DNA of 64,000 nt, taken from NCBI RefSeq assembly GCF_031769215.1, contig NW_026782370.1, positions 868,001 through 932,000 of the forward strand, in the 5' to 3' direction. Every line of letters begins with the position of its first letter. The stretch's first letter is position 1. Made by a program: the position numbers and the translations under genes. Origin of the DNA: Ylistrum balloti. Its lineage: Eukaryota. The notes beneath the pieces are model-generated. The model was not told the DNA's origin. It worked only from the letters and a program-made list of their open reading frames with translations, and did no database searches. This document shows, in pieces, positions 1-11,492 of this stretch.

Positions 1-492
1 ATTATATTCAGCAGTTGTCTGGTTTAGTCTACTTCACGATATTCAGTTTCATGTTTCCCTATCAATTTGTATCTATAAATAGGAATTACCAAGATTTTGA
101 TTCACTTTTAAAATGTTTGCTGGAAATTTAATGTCATGTCATTGTTCCTAACTGCAAATATAATGAAATCAAACTCCTGGCAAATGTAACAAACAATACA
201 GTGTTACAGTATCCTGTAATAAGCCCACCTCCTGATTGTGAGTTATTGGTAATTACGTGTTGGACCCTTGTGCTCACTGCAGTATATATACAGTAGTATA
301 GTGATGACCCAAACTAACTGAATAAGACAAAGCATTGATTACATAAGATATTTGTAACCGAAAGGTTTTTGGTAGATTAATGAATATGATCTAAGGACTG
401 CTACAAGACTGTAAAATTCACAGGAAGCCTAAAACCAGTGCTATGGATTTGCTTGGGCCATACATGAACTCTGCGGTGAAAGTAATTCTTAC

Positions 493-606
493 CTCTGAAG
501 TTCGTCCCAGAGAACTATAGGACCGCTCTGAACAAACACTTGATGTTTCACTGGCCGCATCATCAGAGTCATATGTGTCGTAACGTCTCCGCATCGGACC
601 TTTGTG
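493..606 (-). CDS. CLASP: CLASP exon (HKGPMRRRYDTYDSDDAASETSSVCSERSYSSLGRTSE), 114 nt, phase 0-0
   Basis: ttctcag|CAC...GAG|gtaaga; matches the CLASP RRRYE...DDDANSDASSVCSERSY block. Confidence 0.96.
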
Positions 607-1473
607 CTGAGAACGATAAGGTGAAAGTCATCTTATTTCATACCTATTGTAAATACTGTTTCTTGGAGTTTACACATTTTGCATACAGCCTCAGAACTCA
701 GTTAAAGAAAGAAAAATTTCCTCAGTACCATGAAACATTTACAAAGTTAATTAAGGGCATCTTTCCTATCTAACATTAGATTTCAAAACAATTATCATTT
801 TTAAACAAGGATTTTTTTTAAACATATTATTTGGATTCAGTATGTTAATTGATCAATTTGATATAGGATGTGAAGGTACACAAAAATTGGTGACACATTT
901 AAAAAGTACCCAAGAAATGATGACACACTTGCAAAATACACAAAAACTGATGACATACTTAAAAGGCTGAAGGGATAAACTCTATAGGACATTGGAAATT
1001 ACATGTTTTATCAATTTCATTTATGAAGCCTATGATATAGTACCAATAAAAAGAAATATAAGCACAATACTATTAGCAAATTAAATAACAAAATCAAATT
1101 TTGTGATTGATGATGAAGAGTGTATTGCTCAAAACAAAAATAACATAATGAATGAAAAATTTGCCAAAATATCAGGTGCTGAAGGAGTTGTTTACCACCA
1201 TGGTAAGTATCACAACAAGCAACTCAAATAAAGACCCACATAAAACACAACATGTAATAAAAAATTTCCTTGATTCATTTATAAATAAACATAAGTGAAA
1301 TATTTTTCTCTTATTTTGAATAAGGATTTTCCTGTTTTAGCAGTTTTACTAGACTGATTAATGCAAAATGAATATTTTACAATAAACAAAGATTAACATG
1401 AACATTATTTTTGTGATTTGATACATGTATAATGATGATTCATGCAACCCTTGTACAATGACATCAGTCTCAC

Positions 1474-1497
1474 CTTTGGGTGCTCTCCCCTTGGCGA
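1474..1497 (-). CDS. CLASP: CLASP 24-nt microexon (SPRGEHPK), phase 0-0, probably alternative
   Basis: ttgtcttgtttttttataag|TCGCCAAGGGGAGAGCACCCAAAG|gtgaga; frame-preserving, lies between phase-0 exons. Confidence 0.78.
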
Positions 1498-1776
1498 CTT
1501 ATAAAAAAACAAGACAACAGTTGCGTCCAATCAAAAATTTATGCTATTATCAATCTACTATCCGTATATAAAACACTTCTTGGAAATACAATTTCTTTAC
1601 CAACTTTTATAAAATATCTCTGAATATTTTCTAATCAGAACTATTTGTAAACGAAGAATACATCACTTCTATATTAACACCTCTATAAAACAAAGAATTC
1701 TGAGGTGACTTTTGTGAGGGTGCCTAACACAACAGTGTATTTGTGAATTTGTGTTCAACTGCTGCACCAATCTTAC

Positions 1777-1841
1777 CAGAGCATCCGCCATCGCATCTTC
1801 CAACTCTGAACCTGGGCGTAACAACCTCTGGGCCATCACAT
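1777..1841 (-). CDS. CLASP: CLASP exon (NVMAQRLLRPGSELEDAMADAL), 65 nt, phase 1-0
   Basis: ggattttatag|AT...CTG|gtaaga; homologous to AMRVLSTSTDLEAAVADAL. Confidence 0.95.
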
Positions 1842-2014
1842 CTATAAAATCCAACAACATGTTTTAGTGTTATTCCTAAACAACTATATTGATACAGCAA
1901 TGATCCCATGTCTGGTAATAAGCACAACTATATATATTGTTATTCAGTAGCATTACAAACAAAACCTATTTTATTGTCATGTACAAGACCATTATTACTT
2001 CTGAGTCAAAGGTA

Positions 2015-2350
2015 AAATGTCTTGCCCTTTGTGTACTGATTTTTTGGTGTACTGATTAAGTATCTTGCCTTCAGTATATTGGTCTAAGATCCTGTCCTTT
2101 GAGTACTAATTTAGGATTTTGTCCTTGTGTACTGATTAAGTATCTTGCCTTCAGTATATTGGTCTAAGATCCTGTCCTTTGAGTACTGATTTAGGATCTT
2201 GCCTTTGATGTTTTGATTTAGGATCCTGTACTTTGTTTACTGATTAAGGACTTTGCCCTTTGATTACCAAATTTAGATCCTGTCCTTTGGCAACCGATTT
2301 AGGATCTTGCCTTTTCTGTACTGATTTAAAATAATGTTCTTTTGTACTCA
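2015..2350. repeat. Degenerate minisatellite (about 26-27 bp subunits, with an 80-bp duplication)
   Basis: Repeated gtactgatt(a/t)aggat(c/t)ttg(c/t)cctt; near-identical blocks at about 2049 and 2129. Confidence 0.75.
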
Positions 2351-2485
2351 CTGTATGCCCATAGTAGCTCATGATTTAATTCCACTTGACTTTAAGTTTT
2401 GTTTTCTTCCTTCCCTCATTACAAAGCCATTTTCCTAGCATCCTTAACCTTACATGTGGTAAGTGATCATTTATTCTATACTTAC

Positions 2486-2545
2486 TGCCTCCCTTGCCGC
2501 CTTTGTTTGCAGGTAGCTTGCTGCCACTCAGCCTTCTCTCACGAC
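2486..2545 (-). CDS. CLASP: CLASP exon (GRERRLSGSKLPANKGGKGG), 60 nt, phase 1-1; contains an SxLP motif
   Basis: gtatgttacag|GT...GCA|gtaagt; open frame, positioned at the second EB-binding motif. Confidence 0.88.
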
Positions 2546-2866
2546 CTGTAACATACAAACATTTACAGGCCAAATTACTCACTTACCACATCCTCAATAC
2601 CATACCAGCTTTACTTAGTTACATAACAAATATCAAAGAATTTCCAACGATAATGATCTGCCTGCATCCAAGTAACCTCAACTAAAATAGAGGCAAGTAC
2701 ATAACAGCAACATCTGCCTCTGATTTACTTTACAACACGGCACTCATTAGAGTAAACTTATCATGACACCACTGAAGTGACCAAGACAGACAGTATCCAT
2801 TCAAAGCTCTGGGAAAGCCTAATGACCAAGTTGTCTGTATGAGCTAAAATTAAACATGTCTGTTAC

Positions 2867-3031
2867 CTGGCTGTAGGTTCATGCGAGTAGGGCTACCCTC
2901 TCGACTCGCTCCTTGACTTCGGGCAATCCCTGACCTGCGGGGACGTCCAGGAGTCATGGTGGACTCTGCGCGGCCTGTTGTGTGTGTGAGATAACTTAGA
3001 CGCGACGAGGGAGACCCTGAACGGCTGTTGG
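2867..3031 (-). CDS. CLASP: CLASP exon (PNSRSGSPSSRLSY...RRSGIARSQGASREGSPTRMNLQP), 165 nt, phase 1-1
   Basis: ctttgtgttttag|CC...CAG|gtaaca; homologous to SRSSSPG...RSKIPRSQGCSRETSP. Confidence 0.95.
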
Positions 3032-4438
3032 CTAAAACACAAAGGGGAATTTCAGTACAGACCGTTGTACACAACTACATAAGTAAATAAACAACAGCTT
3101 ATTATGCGTTCACAGTAGCAATACACGCCTTACATATTCTTACCATATCATTATATTAGAACAAGAGCATATCTGGTAATAAAAGTACTTATTGTGTGTT
3201 CCATGGTTTGATTATCAAAGAATTTTTGGCATTCTAAAAAATGTTTTCTCTGAGAATATTTTTTGTTTAAAGATATTGGAAACTTGCTTCAATCAAAGCC
3301 TCAATAAAAAAACTAGAAGAGGTTTTAGAAAACCTGGAAAAAAGAAAATTATTTTTGTAACAAATTAATTCCTCCTTCCCATGACATGCTGCATATGCTT
3401 CATTTTAACAACAAATTTACCTTCCTGCTAAGCTAATATAACACCGTAAAATTACTTGATATGTAACTATTACTAAATTTTCATGTCCTAGATGAAAAGA
3501 ATTTGAAACATGAATTTTAAAACACAATTACTCTGTATAAAGATCTTCAAGTTAGTATTTGAAGTGAAATCAAAACTGTTTTAATGAAAATCAGAAGATG
3601 TTAATTTCAACATCTAGTTCTAAATTAGCTAGTTCAGTAGTGCACATCAAGTTTCACTAGAAGTGTTGATAGCAAGCAGTCACTAGCAGCTAACTAGAAC
3701 ACAGTTAATACAAACACACCACAAAAAATGCTACTTTCACTTTGGATACATAACAAATTGCATATATATTTCACTTTCACTTTAGGTATACACTACACAA
3801 AGTTAAATATTGAATAAAAGGGAAAACACATGATCATGCATAGAGAGAAAGAAGATTACAGAAATTTAAGGTCTGATAATTGGGAGGGACATGGAAGAAA
3901 GTAAAACAATCAAGATGTACAAAGGGTGGGTACATGTGGACACAAGTTTTGCTTAGTGATGTAAACACTCTCTGGGATGGAGTTTGACAGAAATGGTGTC
4001 CAATGGTGAGGAAGGTTCACTGTGATGATGAAAATACTAATCAGTTTACAAAAGAACAAAGGAATTGTGCTGAGACTTCAGTGTGTTCAAGTTTCCAATC
4101 ATATTGGTGACATATCTTCCAATAATGATGATTGATACAAGTAAGACAATAAAATAGACAAAAACAAGTGTAAATATTCTATACACATATTCACACACTA
4201 ATGTGTAGCATGTTCCATTCTCAGAGAAGATGTGATACTAGTATAACCGGTCAAGGTCACACCATGCATCATGTAAAGGTCAAAATGACAAAGAAAATTC
4301 ACTAATACAACATCAAATCAGTCTGTTTATTAAATTGCATGCGCAACGAATATTTCATGTTTCAATCCTTCAAAATTCGATCAAGCCTCTGGACCAAGGT
4401 CCCCACCCCAGGGGACAGAGCCCTGGGGGGATACTTAC

Positions 4439-4528
4439 GTTGAGATTGTGAGGAGGTTGTGGTTCGTCCACGGGGTCGGCTTCGTTCAGGAGGAGATAAC
4501 ACACTTGAAGCAGAGCTTTTCTGTCGCG
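4439..4528 (-). CDS. CLASP: CLASP exon (RQKSSASSVLSPPERSRPRGRTTTSSQSQ), 90 nt, phase 1-1
   Basis: ttttattacag|CG...AAC|gtaagt; homologous to RRQSSGS...RGRSRAKVVSQSQ. Confidence 0.93.
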
Positions 4529-5739
4529 CTGTAATAAAATCAAGCATTGCCAGAAATGATGTCACAGACAAGAAAAGTATGCAGCACAACTAATCAGGAC
4601 AAGCAGAGGCTTTGTTTTCTTGGGAACAAAGGCACTATGGTAGGTTTAAACAGGACAGCATGATTGTGATTTACAAAATCAAATGACATGACAGTGCCAT
4701 TGTTCTGAAAAATATCTCTCATCTTAGGAATATTTCTATGTAAACAAGAATTTAAGTCAAATCATAGCAAATGTTTCTTTGTATCAAAAAATCAAACAGC
4801 AAGTTTCTAACTGTTCGAAGAAATATAGCAATGAACAGTAGTATCTTAATAAACCAAACTCCACTACAAACATAGTAGCTATCAAACTAAGTCAACTTTC
4901 TTCTTTCATAAATTTATAAAACTAGCCACTGTAACGCTTAACATCTCCCAACTGTTTTGTAGTTACCCTAGAAACACTCATATATCAGAGCCATATTTTA
5001 AATTAACATTGTTTATGTCTACAGTGATATACTCGTCTTCTGTATCCAGTTTATCAATAACAGACAGATCCATTACAATCCAGACATTAACAGACTTATG
5101 CCTGTTTCTATATAAAGAATATAATCTATGATACAGGTGCCCTATAATAAGCTCATGTTAAATTTGGTAAATATCATCAGTGATGTTTTTACCATTAAAC
5201 CATTAACACCAGTTAATACCCATTAATTTATTATAATTATAAGTTATTATGGAAAGTTGTTAAGCACTAACCAAATACTCTATAGATGATCTTTACTGTA
5301 TACTTTTTAATATTAACACTTTATATAATATATATATAATTTAGTGTAGTAAGTTGTAAAACGCCAGCAAGTTAAAACTAGTGTTATATATAACCGACAT
5401 CCTGGCAGTAAAATCACATTCTCTGAGTCTGATTTTCTATATATCTATTTAATAAAAAGTCTCTGATGACTCAAACTTCCATATCATTGTTGTTCAGGAT
5501 AATGACAGAATCATTACCAAAGGGAAGTAACTCTACGCCAAAGTTATAACACACCGTCAGAATATTACAATACAAATCAAAGGATACCATGAAAAAGTGG
5601 AACTCTTCTCTGTCGTTTTTAACCTGCATGGTAGTACCATTTATATCTGTACCTAAAAACAGCTTCAGTTTTGACTGGGTCAAAATCTTTATCATCGACT
5701 GGCCAGATTTATTCAATCAAAATGTTATAAACTAATTAC

Positions 5740-5970
5740 CATAATCATAATTATTATTTTCCTCTAATTTCATTATTTCTTCTTCAGTGTCCCAGCCATC
5801 ATCTTCCTCCTCCTCGTCATTGTAATTGTCATTCTCATCACCCCTACCAGGAATTTCCATCACATAGGGAAATATTGCAAAATGAACACGACGATTCTTG
5901 TTTCCAATCGTGTGGTTATTTTGAAACTTTTTCCCCACCCGTAAAACACCATTCATCAACATAATGAAAT
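5740..5970 (-). CDS. Candidate alternative CLASP exon, 231 nt, phase 1-1 (FIMLMNGV...KNRRVHFAIF...DEEEEDDGWDTEEE...NYDY)
   Basis: catatag|AT...TATG|gtaatt; open in the CLASP frame, length a multiple of 3; no homology recognised. Confidence 0.42.
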
Positions 5971-6030
5971 CTATATGTATTGAATCAAACAGTCCACCAG
6001 TTGTTCATGTATGGTGGCAGAAACACACCA

Positions 6031-6454
6031 ACCATAACACTGTGTCTGTGTAGTCCCAGGATCAACTGACCATAACACTGTGTCTGTGTAGTCCCAGGAT
6101 CAACTGACCATAACACTGTGTCTGTGTAGTCCCAGGATCAACTGACTATAACACTGTGTCTGTGTAGTCCCAGGATCAACTGACTATAACACTGTGTCTG
6201 TGTAGTCCCAGGATCAACTGACCATAACACTGTGTCTGTGTAGTCCCAGGATCAACTGACCATAACACTGTGTCCGTGTAGTCCCAGGATCAACTGACTA
6301 TAACACTGTGTCTGTGTAGTCCCAGGATCAACTGACCATAACACTGTGTCTGTGTAGTCCCAGGATCAACTGACTATAACACTGTGTCTGTGTAGTCCCA
6401 GGATCAACTGACCATAATGCTGTGTCTGTGTAGTCCTAGGATCAACTGACCATT
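6031..6454. repeat. 38-bp minisatellite, about 11 copies
   Basis: accataacactgtgtctgtgtagtcccaggatcaactg in tandem. Confidence 0.97.
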
Positions 6455-9400
6455 ACAACTTCACCAGGCAAACTGGTAAACATGGATCCCTCAAATCAAT
6501 ATGTAAATAGAGTTCCGTTTTTAATGTTCTCACCTGACTAAATCTCATTTGGAAAAAAACAATGGCAGAAGTTTAAAATATATCAGAAATAACACAGAAA
6601 ATAGTTACAGGTTCTCTGTTGGTAGGTAAATCCTTTACAGATATGAGAATGCTATGTATTGTTCTGGTATCACAAAGATTTCTTGGAAAGGCTATATGTT
6701 ATGAGAAATACAGTGACTGACAACAGGTATATCCCAAGGTATTAACAGTCCATCACACATTACATTCTACTGTATCAGAACATATACCATCCTTCAACTG
6801 TAAATGATTTCCAGTAACCAATTCACAACAAGTGAGCATGAGGTTTCACACTGTGAGCTGTACTCACATCCTGAACACAGCACTAGGCCAGCACTGGTGC
6901 CACTCCAAGAAGGACAGAAATGACCACGTACATCTGTGACCCTGCTGACTCCATGGAACAGTTGAACAAATGTACTGAACACTGGATCTTTGAACCACAA
7001 TTGTTCTTTTATAAACATTCCAATAGAACAGTCATGTCTTCTAATCTGTTTTAGTTACAACTGCCTACAGACAGTATTCACCTAGTCAGACAGAGATAAT
7101 CCTAGATCACTGTACACGTTTTAATGCAGATGAAAAGACACCCTCCTAAGCTGTGCTGATCACAGCATGTTAAAATCCAAATCCCTTAAGTTTACAGGTT
7201 TTTTCAACAGGACACAACACTAGTTACACTAGCTTTGTTGACTGAAGTTGGAGTGCATAACATCTTCTGTAATTACTGATCCTGAATTTGAATTACACTG
7301 ATATCTTAACTGCCCAAACCATTTCTTAATACTACTGAAAATTTCATATTCCACACTTCAATCTCTGCTCAGTCCTGATTGGTGTCAAACGCTTCTATTT
7401 TAAATTTTTAACAGATACTTATAAATTGTAAAGTACATTTACTTATACCATGTAAGAAGACTTCTGTATGCACAACATAATGACTGTATGACATGGTCTT
7501 TTGTGAAAGACAATCTTTGACAGCTGTAAATCCTATTTGACATGACTGAAAAAAAAAATTGCGACACTGATGTTTTGATTAAATAATGAAATTAAAATCC
7601 ATCATAAAATTAATTTTTCACATATATCCATTTAAAAAAAAAGTGAATCTAACAATAATTTGATGTATTACTCCAAACATCTAACATAAGACACTATGAC
7701 CATGTATGTATAAGCTATATATAGGCCATCACTGGAGAAGTGACGAAGTTGTAACAGAGAATCCAACCATATCACAGAACACTTCCAGGTAAGACTTCCA
7801 AACACAAATATTTCTCAGGTGACTTCTGAATCTCAAGGTCATTTCTATCCTACAGAAGCTGATGGATGGCCGCTCTGATAGGGTGTCCAGACTAATTTAC
7901 GTCCAGTCCTGGGAAACAATGGGATGCTTGAAGTAAGTTGTACAGACTAACAGATGTTTGAGCACAAGATACTAGCTGGTCAGATCTATCCTCATCTGAC
8001 CGCCTCGTCAGGTGGTGACTCAAGGTGACCAGCGAACAATAAACCTGTCAGAATATCACCGACATCAGAACAGCTGACATGTCTTTTACCTGTATCAGGT
8101 AAGTATTAATTACAGGTAAGTGGTTTATTCTAATGCACCTGTTTATGTGCATCCAATTGGCTATAAACAACTGGTCAGTGTACTATCCTACCAGGCTTCT
8201 TCATAAGAACACTGGACACGACTGGGGAAACTGCTAAACATGCCTCCAGCTTTGCTGCTTTAGTGGTCAGTTAGTGGTCAGTTAGTCCATGCCCCATTGC
8301 ATTGTATTTCTGAGTGTATATATATTCAATATGCTGAATCTGTGACCAACACTTGATCAGTATATATAGATCTTCTGGTCAATTGACCAATGGTCAAGAC
8401 ATGTCACAGTTGAATGGACCACAGAGGTGATCTCTATGTAATGTGTTCAGTTATACAGGTAGCCCATTTGTGATAAACAAGCTGACATCACAGTTAGGTA
8501 CCACGACCTTCTGCAGTAATAATGTTAATATCAGTGTGACAGTGTTGACTAAGTGAGTGTGGACAATACAATAGCACAGACAGTATCAACCTTAGTCTCT
8601 ATCATTCCACTACAGTATTACAAAACAACTAACGTTTAAAGTAAACCTCCAATAGATGCTATGTTTTTACACTCAATAGACCACCAAACATCAGTATAGA
8701 AGTGTCTGTCCTGTTACCATCTCAGGTTATCTTCCATAAAACACTCCCTTACATTATCACAAAGTCATCACAAATGATTCCTAAATACCTTGTCCATTCA
8801 CAATACCTGTGGTCAGACCATAGTCAGTGTGTCCGGAGTGAGAGATAATATCTTTACACAATCAGAAATGTCCACCTTGCCGGTAGTTGTGGAGGGGTCT
8901 GATTGTAGCTGTTAAAATCATAACAGAAAATGATAAAATCCACAGAAATGTTAGTTCACTGATACAAACAGCAAATCCATATTCATCTCGTTACAAATGT
9001 AATTGATTGAGTTTTACCATATATGGCAGCCAGAAATTTCAGTTGTCACTTTTTTCACAGGTCAAAGGTCGAGTTATCTTACAACACGAAGCACAAGGAA
9101 TTCCAGTGAAATCTTCTCCTAATTCTAAAACAAACAGTCTCCACAAATTCTTCCTGCTGTGTTTACAACATGTTAAGGATAGGTGACATCAGAGGTTGGA
9201 GGTCAACTACTGGTAGTCGTTGAATGTGATGATGACCAGTACCTGGGTACCAACAATACTTGCTATACGTCTATGGGAGTTTGACATACGAAAACATCTT
9301 CACCCAAGGATTCCAAATATATCATATATATATCATATAGATACAGTGGTTTGATAATTTTCACCTTTGCACCAAATCAAAGGTCTCCTTATATACTGTA

Positions 9401-11182
9401 AATATCAGGTTCCATAACATACACAGGTATATAATTATACCTTCAATTGGTCATACCTGATCTCCAGCCGTCAGTCACCGTTCATATCACACAGCCATTT
9501 ACCTTTCAGCCTGTTAAAGCTTCATAAACTAGAGACTCCATCTTTACTATAGTTTAAAGACTTTTTGATGAAGATAAAAGCATCGAGGTAGATATTTATA
9601 TAATTATGATAATCCAAAGCAACTTTCATTCCTTCAGCACTTGTTTCAGTATAAGCCTTTTTATACATGTTAAGAAACCTGATTTAGTCAGCATATCCCT
9701 GAAATCCTCTTAACACTGATATGGCAAGTTCTGGTCAGAGCATTAGGATGTAAATAACGGTACTGTTACACTGCCAACAAAATACCTTTATCCCTGATTT
9801 GTAACATGTAACTACGGTCGATGTCCTATGTTTTTGAAATATTCCCAAGCAACCTGTGTACAAATTTAGACTGAAACTGATCAATACAATATCGTCTAAG
9901 TCATATATATAGCCTTGGTGTTAATGGACTACAACAGTCCATAAAATTTTGTTTTAAAAGGTTGTTTTTTTTCTTGCAAATTTATTTTCCAGATAAATCT
10001 ATGAGCAACAGAAGGACATCTACCATAAATGCGTGTGATTAACCTGCGTACAGTATGAATTGGGATTAAAGATTCAAGTACACATAGAAAATTGTGAATA
10101 TTGAATAACTAGCATGTGGCTGTTCTTTGTTCACCTCTAGTGTATTAGATGAAAATATTATGTTAACAATACAAGTAAATCCGTACAACTTTCTAATACC
10201 AGTCAGACTTGATAATGTGTTCCATTCATCAGCTCTAGGTAAACTCTCTGGCCTTGCAGGTGCCTTGTTGTATTGTCCGAGCTTTATTAAACCACCTGGA
10301 CAAAACAAGTCTCCCTATCATTAGGATCAGCAATCCCTTCAAAGCCGATCTCAACAAGGTCTTTGACTTCTGTTGTTATTGAAAAATAAACAATCACCAT
10401 TTGAACCTTGACCACCATATAAGGAAATCCTGTCACTGCTGAAATAAGGTAATGGATCAATGTTGTAACAAAACAAAATTTGAGCGATTCATTCTACTAG
10501 AAGATTGTACTTCTTTCCTTACTTTTATCAGTCTAAAAGCCTGGACTCAGTATAACATATTATACATGATTGGCCTGATTCAGCTTATTCAGTTTAAGTA
10601 ACATTTCGGGGTTGTATCATGGTCCATCTATTTCTCTAAAGACCCTACAATTTACACCTGGATTTTACCTCACAAACATCTTAAGTAAGGTGTTACCTGT
10701 CTGAAGGGCTGTCAAAGGTCAAGCCCTAGACAGGTAGGCTGAAAGTAAGTGACAGTCAGTGGGGGATATCAGTCCCAACTTAGGTGCCTACATAAACACC
10801 AGTAATGGTTCGTCAGCAGTCTGGCCTACAACACTACCCAGTGTCACTCTAAGAATTGTTACCTGGAGTATAGATTATATACAGCTAGACCTTTCCTAGA
10901 CTTCAATATTTTATTTACCATGTATACAGTATAAACAAGGATATCTATCTGTCAACTTGTGATGTTTTCTTTATATTTCTCCCTCCTTATACTGCCAAAC
11001 CTCTTTAATGTCATTCTCATAGAAAATGGTGGGAGTATCATGGAAGTGTTTTTATTCTCAGTCTGACTTCAAACTGTTAATACCCTGTATTTATCCACCT
11101 CAGCCATTGTCTGGTAAAAAGCTCACCCCTTTATATTGAATCAGAGGGTTATGTGAGGATCCCTGGACTTACAATCCTATCA

Positions 11183-11492
11183 TAATCCCATCCCTTGCCA
11201 TTCTATTTTAACACCCCCTTCCCCCCACCTACACCCAGACATCCAGGTTATTGGTAGTTGTTTTGGTTAATCTCATCCCTTGTCACCCTATTTTAACACC
11301 CCCCCCCCCTACACCCAGGTTATTGGTGGTTGTTTTGGTTAATCTCATCCCTTGCCACCCTATTTTAACACTCCCTTCCCCCCCTACACCCAGACATCCA
11401 GGTTATTGATGGTTGTTTTGCTTAATCCCAGCCCTTGCCATCCTATTTTAACACGCCCCACCCCCAGGTTGCTGGTGGTTGTTTTGGTATCC
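11183..11492. repeat. About 70-85 bp tandem repeat x4 with variable poly-C tracts
   Basis: taatctcatcccttgccaccctattttaacacccc...ccaggttattggtggttgttttgg repeated. Confidence 0.85.
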
